From a bacterium (GTDB lineage: Bacteria > UBA8248), in assembly GCA_965261085.1 (NCBI GenBank), contig OZ253442.1:2432001-2496000 (forward strand): a DNA stretch of 64,000 nucleotides, written 5' to 3'. Positions 41,553-52,223 of this stretch are shown piece by piece (position 1 is the first letter of the stretch; the number at the start of each line of letters is the position of its first letter). Below the pieces are notes generated by a model. That model was not told the DNA's origin. It saw only the letters and a program-made list of their open reading frames with translations, and made no database searches. The position numbers were made by a program, and so were the translations under genes.

Positions 41553-43040
41553 CTATTCCTCCTTCAGCGCCCGCGAGAAGTAGTCCGTGAGCGGTTTGGC
41601 GAGATAGCTGAGCGGCGAGCGCTCGGCGAGGCGGATGTAGACCTCGACGGGCATCCCGGGCGTGAGGACGAGGCTCTCCGCAGGCTTGGGCTCCCCGCCG
41701 GTTCCCTCCGCTTCCGGGAGCGCGCGCGGCGACCAGTTCGCCGGGCGCCAGTTCTCGGGGATCTCGGGCAATCTGCGGGAGATGATTTCGGGCAGGGCCG
41801 CCGCCCAGGCGAAAAACCCCATATCCGTTTCGGGCTCGATGGCCTCGCCTATGGCGACCTCGACGTCATACCATGTCAGGCCCCTTCGCGGGTCCTGCAC
41901 CGCGTCGGCCGAGACGCGGACGATGCGGCCCTCGAACCTCGGCGTCACCCGCGCCGGGAAGGCCGAGAAGCGCAAGGTCGCCTCCTGGCCCCGGCGCACC
42001 TGGTCCACGTGGATGGGCTGCAGCTGCGCCCTCACCAGGAGTTTCGCGTCCTTGGGCACGATGCGCAGGATGGGTTCCCCCGGGCGCACCACCTCGCCCA
42101 GCGCGAAGACCTGCATCCCGAAGACCTCGCCCGCCAGCGGAGCCCGGACTTCCATCCGGCCCAGGCGCCCGCGCAGCGAGAGGAGTTTCTCGCGCACTTC
42201 ATTCTCCCGCGCCTGCGCCTCGCGCGCCCCGGCCTCCGCCTCCTCGACCCGTTCCGCGCCGATCTGGAGGATCTGGATCTCGATCTCCGCAATCCGGCTG
42301 CGCGCAGCGGCGATCCTCGCCTCGATGTCGCCCGTCTGGCCGTCGAGGCCGGCCGCCTCGCGCTCCAGCGCCAGGAGCCGGTGCAGTTCCGTCAGGCCGT
42401 CCTTGAAGAGTTGCCGCTCGGCCTTCAGTTCCCGGGTGACGAGGCCCCTCTGGCGCCTGACCGCCCCGACCTGGGCCTCGAGGCTCGCAACCTGCTTGCG
42501 CGCCTGTACGATCCGCTTGCGAAGCTGCGCTTCCAGACCCGCCCTCGAAGCCCGCCGGGCCATGTAGAGACGCTGCTGGCCCTCCAGGATCGTCCTGACC
42601 GCGGGTTTCGCCTCGGCGCGCCGGGCGAGCGCCGCATCCCAGGCGATGGCGCCGGAACCGCGGAACTCCGCCTCCAGGCGGTTGCGCCGCGCCACCAGTT
42701 CGGCATGCGTCCCCGCCAGGATCGACTCCTCCGAGCGCATGAGCCTGTCGTCGAAGCGCAGCAGGACGTCGCCCGCCTTTACCGCGTCGCCCTCGCGGAC
42801 GAGTATCTCCCGCACCGTGCCCCCGTCGATGTGCTCGACCACCTGGTCGCGGGTCTCGACCTCGACCCTGCCGACCGCGATCACCGCCCCCGAGATCGAG
42901 GCGAATGCGCCCCACCCGAACAGGCCGCCCCATAGCAGGAACAGGGTCAGGAGGCCCAGCACCACCGGGCGGCGCGCGTTGAACATCCTCTTCCGGGAGG
43001 TTCCGGCCGCTTTCTCCCGACGTCGGCCCCAGACGCTCAT
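41553..43040 (-). CDS. HlyD/PrtE-family type I secretion membrane fusion protein
   Basis: N-terminal TM segment, VEHIDGGTVREILVREGD, VRAPLAG, and PGMPVEV...LSYLAKPL. Confidence 0.92.
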   Translation of the reverse strand: MSVWGRRREKAAGTSRKRMFNARRPVVLGLLTLFLLWGGLFGWGAFASISGAVIAVGRVEVETRDQVVEHIDGGTVREILVREGDAVKAGDVLLRFDDRLMRSEESILAGTHAELVARRNRLEAEFRGSGAIAWDAALARRAEAKPAVRTILEGQQRLYMARRASRAGLEAQLRKRIVQARKQVASLEAQVGAVRRQRGLVTRELKAERQLFKDGLTELHRLLALEREAAGLDGQTGDIEARIAAARSRIAEIEIQILQIGAERVEEAEAGAREAQARENEVREKLLSLRGRLGRMEVRAPLAGEVFGMQVFALGEVVRPGEPILRIVPKDAKLLVRAQLQPIHVDQVRRGQEATLRFSAFPARVTPRFEGRIVRVSADAVQDPRRGLTWYDVEVAIGEAIEPETDMGFFAWAAALPEIISRRLPEIPENWRPANWSPRALPEAEGTGGEPKPAESLVLTPGMPVEVYIRLAERSPLSYLAKPLTDYFSRALKEE

Positions 43041-44899
43041 GAACGGTCCTCCTCCTCGATGTCCATGTTCCCCGGAAACGGGGGAGACACGATCCGGACC
43101 GCGCGGAGCGGCGCGCTCTCCGCCTCCGGCGGGGGTTGCCGACCAGGCGGCGGGCCGGGCAGCGCGCGCACCGCCACGGGCGCCTGCGCACCCCCGGCCT
43201 CAGAATGCGCCTCGCGCGCCGCAGGCGGCAGCGCCAGTTGGGTCGGGTGGTTCCGTCCGCCCTCCATCAGGTGCACCACGTCGCACTCGGCAAAGGCGCC
43301 GGGACGGTGGGCCACTATCACCGCGGCGCCGCCGCGGGCCTTGAGTTCGGCCACCGCGCGGCCCAGCGCCTCAGCGCCCTCCGTGTCCAGGTGCGCGTCC
43401 GGCTCGTCGAGCACCACGACGACGGGGTCGCCGTAGAACGCCCGGGCCAGCGCGATGCGCTGGCGCTGTCCGCCCGAGAGCGCGGCGCCCCCCGCCGCCA
43501 CCTGGTAATCGTAGCCGCCGGGCAAGTCGAGTATCATCTCATGCGCGCCTGCGCGCTCCGCAGCCAGGACCACCGCTTCCGCGTCCGGTTCGGGGTCGAG
43601 CCGCGCGATGTTCTCCGCCACCGTCCCCTCGAACAGCACCACATCCTGCGGCAGCCAGCCCACGTGGCGCGCCAGCGTTTCCTCGCCGTACTGATCCAGT
43701 TCCGCACCCCCCAGCGTCACCTTGCCCGCCACCGTCGGCCATACCCCCGCCAGCGCGCGCGCCAGCGTCGACTTGCCCGATGCCGAGCGCCCCGCGATGC
43801 CCACCGCCTCGCCCGGCTCCACGCGGAACGAGACGCCCCGCACCGCGGGGACTACCGCTCCCGGCGCCGCCACGACGGCGTTCTCCACCTCCAGGACGGC
43901 CCGGGGCCTGGGAAGAGGCGTCCGCAACGGGGGCTCGGGCGTCTCGGAGAGCAGCTTCGCCAGGGAGCGCCGGGCCTCGAGCGCGCGCTGAAGTACCGGC
44001 CACTGCCCGACCGCCTGGTCGATCGGCGCCAGCGCCCGGCCCAGGAGGATCGAGGCCGCTATCATGATCCCCGGCGTCACCACGCCGCGGATCGCCAGCC
44101 ATGCCCCCAGGCCCAGCATCATGGACTGCAGGAACAGCCTGAGCGTCCTGGAGATGACCGCATAGGCGCCGCCGCGGTCCGATGCGACGATGGTCTTCGC
44201 GAGCGCCGTGTGGCGCAGCCCCTCCAGACGCGCGAGAACGGCGCCCCGCATCCCCAGCCCACGCACCGTCTCCCCGCCCGCGCGCGTCTGCTCCACGAAG
44301 TGCCACGCCCGCGCCGATGCCTCGCCCACCTCGGCCTGCACACCTCCCGTGCGCGCCGAGTTCACCAGCGCCAGCACCACGATCAGGACGCCCGAGAACA
44401 CCGCCAGCACGCCCAGCATCCAGTGGAAGGTGAACAGCGCCAACAGGAACAGCGGCGTCCAGGGAGCGTCGAAGAACGCGAACGGACCCGGGCCCGACGC
44501 GAAGCGCTGCATCGCCTCCAGGTCGCGGAGCCCCGTCGCGGGCGCAGAACGCGCTCCCGCCGAGCGGCCCGCATGCGTGAGGATGGCCCCCAGAACACGC
44601 CCGTCGAGACGCGCCTGGAACCGCGCCCCGGCACGCGCCAGTACACGAGCCCGGAAATGGTCCAGAAAACCCATCGCCAGGAACAGGAACGCAACGATGC
44701 CCGCCAGTGCCGCCAGCGTCGCCTCCGAGCGTGAGGACAGTACACGGTCGTACACCTGCAGCATGAACACAGGACCCGTCAGCATCAGCAGGTTCACGAA
44801 CGCGCTGAACAGCCCGATCACGAAGAACAGCCGCCGGCTCTCCGACAACGCCGCGCGGATCTCCGCCTGCCCGCTCCTCTCGTCCCTGCGATCATTCAT
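43037..44899 (-). CDS. PrtD-family type I secretion permease/ATPase
   Basis: FMLQVYDRVLSSRS, FFDAPW, GRSASGKST, LSGGQRQR and LDEP. Confidence 0.93.
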   Translation of the reverse strand: MNDRRDERSGQAEIRAALSESRRLFFVIGLFSAFVNLLMLTGPVFMLQVYDRVLSSRSEATLAALAGIVAFLFLAMGFLDHFRARVLARAGARFQARLDGRVLGAILTHAGRSAGARSAPATGLRDLEAMQRFASGPGPFAFFDAPWTPLFLLALFTFHWMLGVLAVFSGVLIVVLALVNSARTGGVQAEVGEASARAWHFVEQTRAGGETVRGLGMRGAVLARLEGLRHTALAKTIVASDRGGAYAVISRTLRLFLQSMMLGLGAWLAIRGVVTPGIMIAASILLGRALAPIDQAVGQWPVLQRALEARRSLAKLLSETPEPPLRTPLPRPRAVLEVENAVVAAPGAVVPAVRGVSFRVEPGEAVGIAGRSASGKSTLARALAGVWPTVAGKVTLGGAELDQYGEETLARHVGWLPQDVVLFEGTVAENIARLDPEPDAEAVVLAAERAGAHEMILDLPGGYDYQVAAGGAALSGGQRQRIALARAFYGDPVVVVLDEPDAHLDTEGAEALGRAVAELKARGGAAVIVAHRPGAFAECDVVHLMEGGRNHPTQLALPPAAREAHSEAGGAQAPVAVRALPGPPPGRQPPPEAESAPLRAVRIVSPPFPGNMDIEEEDRS

Positions 44900-44956
44900 C
44901 GCTCGTCGCCGCCCTCCCGGCCAGGCATGTCCGCAACCGCTGGTTCCGTCGCGCCG

Positions 44957-45305
44957 TCACATGCCGTCGACGACCTCTTCCACCGACAGAGTGTAGGAAC
45001 CCACGTTGTTGCCATAAGCGCCTGCCGACACGTAGTAGGTGGCGCTCTCATCCGGCGTGAAATGCACCCAACTGTCGCGGCTGCCGCCGAAGTCGTCGTT
45101 ATAGTTGCCCGATTGGTAGCGCCCCTCGCTGTCGGAGATGCCGCGCAGGAAGGTGTCGCGGAGCGTCCCGCCGCCGCTCGGGCGGCCCTGCAGGTCGAAC
45201 TGGTACGTCTTGTCCGCTCCAACTCGACCGCGAACCAGTCCCGGTCACTTGGGGGTTCCGATCGTGCCCGTGGCCGAGCCGCCGACCACAACCGTCCCGA
45301 CCCCT
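44957..45305 (-). pseudogene. Frameshifted C-terminal PPC-domain remnant of a second T1SS substrate
   Basis: Across frameshifts it reads GTVVVGGSATGTI..DRDWFAVELE..KTYQFDLQG...TYYVSAGAYGNNVGSYTLSVEEVVDGM*, paralleling the adhesin C-terminus YTLSFQEVVDAI*. Confidence 0.75.
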
Positions 45306-45400
45306 GACCGACCGCGTTGTCACGACCTGTCACTTATCGGCCGGATATCCGGAACCCTTCTCATCGGGGCGCTCGAAGCGAAACGGAAACAAGCGATGGG

Positions 45401-48400
45401 TCAGATAGCGTCCACCACTTCCTGGAACGAAAGAGTGTAGGTACCAAGAGACCGGCCGTGGGAATCTTCGGCCTGCGAGTGCCCGCCGCTTCCCGCAACC
45501 ACGTAATAGGTGGCGTCCTCGTCCGGCGTGAACGTCACGCGACTATTGAGGCCCTCGCCACTGTCACGGTCCCAGCTACGCATTATCTCGTTACCATCAG
45601 TATCGTGCATACCGTAAAGAAGCGGATTTGCCAGCGTTCCGCCGTCCGTTGCTGATCCCTCCATGTCGACTTGGTATCTCTTGCCCGCCTCGAGGATAAC
45701 GGCGAACCAGTCTTGGTCGCCCTGAGCCTCGATCTCGCCGACAACGGAGCCACCGACTTCGACCGTGCCGGTCGTGTCGACATCGTCCCTGAAATCGTCA
45801 ATCGATACTTGCACCGTGTAGGTGCCGACATCTTCGTCGCGGTAACCGCTCAGGTAACTCCCCGCCGCCACGTAATAGGTGCCGTCCTCATCGGGCGTGA
45901 AATACACTTGGCTGTCGGAACGAGGGCCGCTGGAGTAGTCGGTTGTGTCGGAAATAAGGCGACCGTCGGGATCGTGGATTCCGCGAATATAGGGATTTGT
46001 CAGCGTTCCACCTCTACCACGCACTCCCAAGAGCTCGACCTTGTAGGTTTCTCCCGCAGTCAGCTCGACGGCAAACCAGTCGCGGTCGTCTTCATACTGG
46101 ATTTCGCCGGTGGCGGTACCGCCGACCTCTACCGTGCCGGTCGTGTCGACTGTCGCCGGCAAATCGTCCTCGATTTCCGTCACCCGCACAGTGTAAGTGC
46201 CGGTTTTGTGGGTACTGAAAGCGTCCACCGCCAGGTAGTAGGTGCCGTCCTCGTCCGCCGTGAAAAATGCTTGTTCATCTTCCCCGGCAAATATTTGCGT
46301 TAATTGACCGTTAATGTGAGTGTATGTCCCTGCGATGATTATTGCGTCAGATATTCCAGTGGCATAGCCGAGGGCCAGGTGTGGGCGGTTCATCGTTCCA
46401 CCGCCCGTCAGGACCCCACCCACGTCGATCTGGTACGTCTTGCCAGCCTCCAGCTCCACCGCGAAGTAGTCGTAGTCGCGCGCATATTGGATTTCGCCGG
46501 TGGCGGAGCCGCCGACCTCGACCGTGCCAGTCGTCCCCCAGCTATACGACGCGAAATCGTCTTCCCACACCCTCACCTCATAGGTGCCCAAGCTAGTGAC
46601 AGCGCTATCCGCCGCGATGTAGTATGTGCCGTCCGTCTCCGCGGTGAAGTGCACCCGGCTTGTGCCGCCGCCCGTGTGGCGGTCGACCGTGCCGGGTATT
46701 TGGTTGCCCTCAGCATCGTAGATGCCGCGCAAATAGGGGCGGTCCAAGGAGGTGCCGTCATTCGTCGAACGGCCTTTCAGATCGATTTGGTAACTTTGGC
46801 CCGCTGCCAACTCGACCGCAAACCAGTCCCAGTCGGTCTCATACTCGATTTCCCCGGTGGCGGTGCCGCCGACTTCGACAGTGCCAGTCGTGTCGACTGT
46901 CGCCGGAAAATCGTCCTCCATTTCCGTGACCCGCACGGTGTAAGTGCCGGTGCTGGTGAATTCGCCGTTGCTTGCCGCCACGTAGTAGGTGCCGTCCTCG
47001 TCCGGCGTGAAAAATACTTGGTCATCATCTACTCGGACACGTTGATTGTTTGGTCTCTCATAGATTCGATATCGGTCATATACGTTAGGAATACTATTAC
47101 CGTCGGCATCGTAAACACCGTGCAGGCGTCCGCTCGGCAGCGTTCCACCGCCCGTCCGGACCCCGCCCGTGTCGATCTGGTACGTCTTGCCCGCCTCCAG
47201 CTCCACCGCGAACCAGTCGTGATCGTCCGCAGACTCGATTTCGCCGGTGGCGGAGCTGCCGACCGCCACCCGGCCGGTTGTGGAGGTGTCGTCCGGGAAG
47301 TCGCCGCCGTCCGGCTCCGACGGATCCTCGGGATCCGGGTCCGGCGCCACGATCGGCGGCGAGGTGTCCGTCACCTCGACCTCGTAGGTGCCCCGGCCGG
47401 AAAAGATCCCCGCCGCGCCCGCCGCGATGTAGTGGGTCCCGCTCCCGGTCGCCGTGAAGGTCACCCGGCTGTTGTAGCCTTGGCCCCCGTCGTCGTTCGT
47501 CGTACGCGCAATGAGATTGCCGTCGGAATCGTGGATGCCGCCCAGATAGGGATCGCTCAGCGTGCCGTCGTCCGTGGGGCCGCCTCTCAGATCGATGACG
47601 TAGGTCCGGCCCGCCACCAGCTCCACCGCGAACCAGTCGCGGTCGCCGTTGCTCCCGACCTCGCCCGTGGCCGTGTCGCCGACCGCCACCCGCCCGCTCG
47701 TGGAGGCGCCCGCCGAGAAGTCCTCTCCGGAAGGTTCCGATACCGTCTGCGGCGTACTCTGATCCGGTTGCGCAACAGGCGGATCGACCTCCACCGGCTC
47801 ATCCACGTCGGTGACGCTGACGGTCGCGGTGGCATCGGTCGTCTGATCGCCGTCACTCGCCCGGACGGTCAGCTCGAAGCTGGTGGAACCGGTCTCGTAG
47901 TCCTCGCCCCCGCCCGTGTAGAACAGTTCGCCGCTGGCCGCGTCGATCTCGAACAGCTCCGCCGCGTTGCCGCCCTCGATGCTGTAGGCCACTGAACCGC
48001 CGTCCGGATCCGTCGCCGAGACCGTGCCCAGCGATATCCGGTTCGCGCTGCCGTCCGTGTCCTCCGCCAGATCGAAGCCGTAGCCCGCCTGCCCAAACGC
48101 CGGTGCTTCCGCCACGTCGGTGACGTTGACGGTCGCGGTGGTGTCGGTCGTCTGATCACCGTCACTCGCCCGGACAATCAGCTCGAAGCTGGTCGAACCG
48201 GTCTCGTAGTCCTCGCCCCCGCCCGTGTAGAACAGCTCGCCACCGGCCGCGTCGATCTCGAACAGCCCCGCCGCGTTGCCGCCCTCGATGCTGTAGGTCA
48301 CTGAACCGCCTTCCGGATCCGTCGCCGAGACCGTGCCCAGCGATATCCGGTTCGCGCTCCCGTCCGTGTTCTCCGGGAGTTCGAAACCGTAGAACTCAGA

Positions 48401-50986
48401 GCCGAATGCCGGTGGCTGCTGCTGAACCTGCTCCTGTTCCTGCGCCGATAACCGCTCCGCCTCCAACCGCGCCACTTCGGCCGGGTCCGCGTCGCCCACC
48501 CCGTAGCGGAATACATACGCGTTCGCACCCGCCTCCTGCGCCTCCACCCGTACGTAATACGTCCCCGCCAGCAGCGTCTCGCGCATCCACTCGTTCGCCG
48601 TGCCGCCGTTCGCGCCGCTGTGCAGCACGTTGCCCTCTGCGTCCTCCAGCACCAGGTCCGCATCGGCGTCCTGGCGCCGAAGCCCAAGCGCCACCTCGCG
48701 CGCCTCGCTCAGCGTGAACCGGTACCACGCCACCCCATCGGCGCCGCCGTCCAGCGTACCCAGCGGGAACCGCGGCGCCGCCAACCCCGTGATGTCCCCG
48801 AGATCCTCGGCCGCCGCGCGCGCCGGGTCCGGCTCCGCAACAGGCGGATTGCCCTCCACCGGCTCATCCACGTCGGTGACGCTGACGGTCGCGGTGGCAT
48901 CGGTGGTCTGATCGCCGTCACTCGCCCGGACAGTCAGCTCGAAGCTGGTCGAACCGGTCTCGTAGTCCTCGCCCCCGCCCGTGTAGAACAGTTCGCCGCT
49001 GGCCGCGTCGATCTCGAACAGCTCCGCCGCGTTGCCGCCCTCGATGCTGTAGGCCACTGAACCGCCGTCCGGATCCGTCGCCGAGACCGTGCCCAGCGAT
49101 ATCCGGTTCGCGCTGCCGTCCGTGTCCTCCGCCAGATCGAAGCCGTAGCCCGCCTGCCCAAACGCCGGTGCTTCCGCCACGTCGGTGACGTTGACGGTCG
49201 CGGTGGTGTCGGTCGTCTGATCACCGTCACTCGCCCGGACAATCAGCTCGAAGCTGGTCGAACCGGTCTCGTAGTCCTCGCCCCCGCCCGTGTAGAACAG
49301 CTCGCCACCGGCCGCGTCGATCTCGAACAGCCCCGCCGCGTTGCCGCCCTCGATGCTGTAGGTCACTGAACCGCCTTCCGGATCCGTCGCCGAGACCGTG
49401 CCCAGCGATATCCGGTTCGCGCTCCCGTCCGTGTTCTCCGGGAGTTCGAAACCGTAGAACTCAGAGCCGAATGCCGGTGGCTGCTGCTGAACCTGCTCCT
49501 GTTCCTGCGCCGATAACCGCTCCGCCTCCAACCGCGCCACTTCGGCCGGGTCCGCGCCGCCCACCCCGTAGCGGAACACATACGCGTTCGCACCCGCCTC
49601 CTGCGCCTCCACCCGTACGTAATACGTCCCCGCCGGCAGCGTCTCGCGCATCCACTCGTTCGCCGTGCCGGAACGCTCGCTGCTGTGCAGCACGTTGCCC
49701 TCTGCGTCCTCCAGCACCAGGTCCGCATCGGCGTCCTGGCGCCGAAGCCCAAGCGCCACCTCGCGCGGCCCGCTCAGCGTGAACCGGTACCACGCCACCG
49801 CATCGGCGCCGCCGTCCAGCGCGCCCCGCGGGAACCGCGCCGCCGCCAACTCCGTGATGTCCCCGAGATCCTCGGCCGCCGCGCGCGCCGGGTCCGGCTC
49901 CGCAACAGGCGGATTGACCTCCACCGGCTCATCCACGTCGGTGACGTTGACGGTCGCGGTGGTGTCGGTCGTCTGATCCCCGTCACTCGCCCGGACAGTC
50001 AGCTCGAAGCTGGTCGAACCGGTCTCGTAGTCCTCGCCCCCGCCCGTGTAGAACAGTTCGCCGCTGGCCGCGTCGATCTCGAACAGCTCCGCCGCGTTGC
50101 CGCCCTCGATGCTGTAGGCCACTGAACCGCCGTCCGGATCCGTCGCCGAGACCGTGCCCAGCGATATCCGGTTCGCGCTGCCGTCCGTGTCCTCCGCCAG
50201 ATCGAAGCCGTAGCCCGCCTGCCCAAACGCCGGTGCTTCCGCCACGTCGGTGACGTTGACGGTCGCGGTGGTGTCGGTCGTCTGATCACCGTCACTCGCC
50301 CGGACAATCAGCTCGAAGCTGGTCGAACCGGTCTCGTAGTCCTCGCCCCCGCCCGTGTAGAACAGCTCGCCACCGGCCGCGTCGATCTCGAACAGCCCCG
50401 CCGCGTTGCCGCCCTCGATGCTGTAGGTCACTGAACCGCCTTCCGGATCCGTCGCCGAGACCGTGCCCAGCGATATCCGGTTCGCGCTCCCGTCCGTGTT
50501 CTCCGGGAGTTCGAAACCGTAGAACTCAGAGCCGAATGCCGGTGGCTGCTGCTGAACCTGCTCCTGCGTGACCGGCGGATCCTCGGAATCCGGGTCCGGC
50601 GCCACGATCGGCGGCGAGGTGTCCGTCACCTCGACCTCGTAGGTGCCCCGGCCGGAAAAGATCCCCGCCGCGCCCGCCGCGATGTAGTGGGTCCCGCTCT
50701 CGGTCGCCGTGAAGGTCACCCGGCTGTTGTAGCCTTCGCCCCCGTCGTCGTTCGTCGTACGCGGAATGAGATTGCCGTCGGAATCGTGGATGCCGCGCAG
50801 ATAGGGATCGCTCAGCGTGCCGTCGTCCGTGGGGCCGCCTCTCAGATCGATGACGTAGGTCCGGCCCGCCACCAGCTCCACCGCAAACCAGTCGCTGTCG
50901 CCGTTGCTCCCGACCTCGCCCGTGGCCGTGTCGCCCACCGCGACGGCGCCCGTGGTCTGTACGTCGGCCGTATAATCGTCAGGCAT
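45401..50986 (-). CDS. Large acidic repeat protein with PPC and cadherin-like domains (probable T1SS-secreted adhesin)
   Basis: 1861 aa. It has repeated DWFAVEL..G.TY PPC domains and cadherin-like units (SATDPEGG...FEID...DYET...VRASDG). It has no signal peptide and lies upstream of the T1SS genes. Confidence 0.88.
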   Translation of the reverse strand: MPDDYTADVQTTGAVAVGDTATGEVGSNGDSDWFAVELVAGRTYVIDLRGGPTDDGTLSDPYLRGIHDSDGNLIPRTTNDDGGEGYNSRVTFTATESGTHYIAAGAAGIFSGRGTYEVEVTDTSPPIVAPDPDSEDPPVTQEQVQQQPPAFGSEFYGFELPENTDGSANRISLGTVSATDPEGGSVTYSIEGGNAAGLFEIDAAGGELFYTGGGEDYETGSTSFELIVRASDGDQTTDTTATVNVTDVAEAPAFGQAGYGFDLAEDTDGSANRISLGTVSATDPDGGSVAYSIEGGNAAELFEIDAASGELFYTGGGEDYETGSTSFELTVRASDGDQTTDTTATVNVTDVDEPVEVNPPVAEPDPARAAAEDLGDITELAAARFPRGALDGGADAVAWYRFTLSGPREVALGLRRQDADADLVLEDAEGNVLHSSERSGTANEWMRETLPAGTYYVRVEAQEAGANAYVFRYGVGGADPAEVARLEAERLSAQEQEQVQQQPPAFGSEFYGFELPENTDGSANRISLGTVSATDPEGGSVTYSIEGGNAAGLFEIDAAGGELFYTGGGEDYETGSTSFELIVRASDGDQTTDTTATVNVTDVAEAPAFGQAGYGFDLAEDTDGSANRISLGTVSATDPDGGSVAYSIEGGNAAELFEIDAASGELFYTGGGEDYETGSTSFELTVRASDGDQTTDATATVSVTDVDEPVEGNPPVAEPDPARAAAEDLGDITGLAAPRFPLGTLDGGADGVAWYRFTLSEAREVALGLRRQDADADLVLEDAEGNVLHSGANGGTANEWMRETLLAGTYYVRVEAQEAGANAYVFRYGVGDADPAEVARLEAERLSAQEQEQVQQQPPAFGSEFYGFELPENTDGSANRISLGTVSATDPEGGSVTYSIEGGNAAGLFEIDAAGGELFYTGGGEDYETGSTSFELIVRASDGDQTTDTTATVNVTDVAEAPAFGQAGYGFDLAEDTDGSANRISLGTVSATDPDGGSVAYSIEGGNAAELFEIDAASGELFYTGGGEDYETGSTSFELTVRASDGDQTTDATATVSVTDVDEPVEVDPPVAQPDQSTPQTVSEPSGEDFSAGASTSGRVAVGDTATGEVGSNGDRDWFAVELVAGRTYVIDLRGGPTDDGTLSDPYLGGIHDSDGNLIARTTNDDGGQGYNSRVTFTATGSGTHYIAAGAAGIFSGRGTYEVEVTDTSPPIVAPDPDPEDPSEPDGGDFPDDTSTTGRVAVGSSATGEIESADDHDWFAVELEAGKTYQIDTGGVRTGGGTLPSGRLHGVYDADGNSIPNVYDRYRIYERPNNQRVRVDDDQVFFTPDEDGTYYVAASNGEFTSTGTYTVRVTEMEDDFPATVDTTGTVEVGGTATGEIEYETDWDWFAVELAAGQSYQIDLKGRSTNDGTSLDRPYLRGIYDAEGNQIPGTVDRHTGGGTSRVHFTAETDGTYYIAADSAVTSLGTYEVRVWEDDFASYSWGTTGTVEVGGSATGEIQYARDYDYFAVELEAGKTYQIDVGGVLTGGGTMNRPHLALGYATGISDAIIIAGTYTHINGQLTQIFAGEDEQAFFTADEDGTYYLAVDAFSTHKTGTYTVRVTEIEDDLPATVDTTGTVEVGGTATGEIQYEDDRDWFAVELTAGETYKVELLGVRGRGGTLTNPYIRGIHDPDGRLISDTTDYSSGPRSDSQVYFTPDEDGTYYVAAGSYLSGYRDEDVGTYTVQVSIDDFRDDVDTTGTVEVGGSVVGEIEAQGDQDWFAVILEAGKRYQVDMEGSATDGGTLANPLLYGMHDTDGNEIMRSWDRDSGEGLNSRVTFTPDEDATYYVVAGSGGHSQAEDSHGRSLGTYTLSFQEVVDAI
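47770..50566 (-). repeat. Intragenic tandem repeat, 1065-bp (355-aa) unit, ~2.6 near-identical copies
   Basis: Shadow ORFs recur at a 1065-bp offset (47869/48934/49999). CTGAACCTGCTCCTG occurs at 48422, 49487 and 50552. Confidence 0.9.
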
Positions 50987-51085
50987 GTCGTAATCTCCTC
51001 CTCAAACGGTGAAATTCCGTATCTCCAGTCTGGCTTGGGCATTGCACGCGCATACCGCTCGCAGCGGATGAGGCTCCCCATGGAA

Positions 51086-51303
51086 CCCGCACGGGCCCGG
51101 GCGATGCGTCGAACGACACGGAGCCGGCTCGTAGTACGGAACCGGGCGCCTCCAAGCCAAAGTCTGAGCACTTTCTAGGATAACCGATTCGGACACATCT
51201 TGTGAAACTCTAAATTCGAGGCCTGAGCAATAATTAAATTTGTGCAAATGCGGGGCCCTTGCGGGGTGACGTTTCACGGGCCTTACAGCCGGAAACGAAG
51301 CCC
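51086..51303 (-). promoter_or_regulatory. Duplicated ~220-bp upstream region, copy A (upstream of the adhesin)
   Basis: Near-identical to 56228-56446, including TTGTGAAACTCTAAATTCGAGGCCTGAGCAATAATTAAATTTGTGCAAATGCGGGGCCCTT. Confidence 0.7.
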
Positions 51304-51450
51304 TCTGGCCACAGGCGAGGGGAGGAGACATGAGATGTCGAAGCCCCCAAGCCGCAGGAACACGGCGCTACGCGAGGCGATGGCGAAAGGCGAAACAGGA
51401 CGGAGGCGCGGTTGCGTAGTGCGGGTGGAAGGGGAGCCGGGATGGTTCCG

Positions 51451-51629
51451 GCGACTCGGACCCGCCAGGATGCGCGGGCGTTTGAATTCGCCCGCTTTCG
51501 TTTTGATTGCATGCTGGAGAAGGTGAATTCCTAACGGGATCGAGGAGAATGAGTATTTCTAAATGATGTCAATAAGATAAAGAGATTTCACGGCAGATGA
51601 GAACACCTCTATTCATCAAAGCGGGCGAC
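51451..51629 (+). repeat. ~179-bp dispersed conserved element, copy 7
   Basis: GCGACTCGGA...GGATGCGCGGGCGTTTGAATTCGCCCGCTTTCGTTTTGATTGC...AAAGCGGGCGAC. Confidence 0.9.
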
Positions 51630-51698
51630 AGACGGTATCGTCGGGCTCGTTATCCTGCCGGTCCACTTCAGGTACTGGAACGTTGTCCACCCTCGAGG

Positions 51699-52063
51699 TC
51701 ATGATCGCCCCCTCCCTCCTTCGTCCGACGTCGAGACCCGCCGGAGCGCCGAGGCCCACGCCTCCACGTCTGCGAGCAGGTAGCGCACCCGGTCGAGCGT
51801 CCTGAGCCGCGGCGAGGACCCCGTCGCAGCCTTCCTACGAAGGAGGGGTTGCCCGCTGCCTCCTCGCCCAGCACCGAGGGCTTGGTCCCGGTCACGGCCA
51901 AAAACGCCTCGACCTCCTTTCGAAACGCCGGACCCAGCGGCGCGCATCCCATGAAAGCCAGCAGGCGGTCAGCCGTCGCCAGCCGCACCGAACGTTCCCG
52001 TATCTGCGAGGCCACGAAACCCGGGTCGCCCATCGCGTCCACCCCGAAACGCCGGGCGCTCAC
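51699..52063 (-). pseudogene. Phage Cro-like tandem-HTH protein, frameshifted/truncated
   Basis: SARRFGVDAMGDPGFV...VRLATADRLLAFM and EVEAFLAVTGTKPSVLGEEAAGNPSFVGRLRRG continue as SPRLRTLDRVR in another frame. Confidence 0.55.
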
Positions 52064-52223
52064 GCCGTAGCGCGACCTGCTCCGGATCAGGCCAGGGGAT
52101 CAGTTTCGACGCATCAGGCTCGAAGCCGGCTTCACAAACCGTAGCGCAGTCTCGCCACCGCTCCGTACTTCGCGAGTTGTCCCCGGGCGTAGCACCACGG
52201 CATGGCGGCGCAATGAACAAATA

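Noticed and set aside
43136-47995. Long plus-strand ORFs 43136-44734 and 46304-47995, and similar ones such as 52608-53819 (minus), 54191-55465 and 56385-57401
   Set aside because: Antisense or alternate-frame shadows of well-supported genes in high-GC DNA, with no recognisable motifs.
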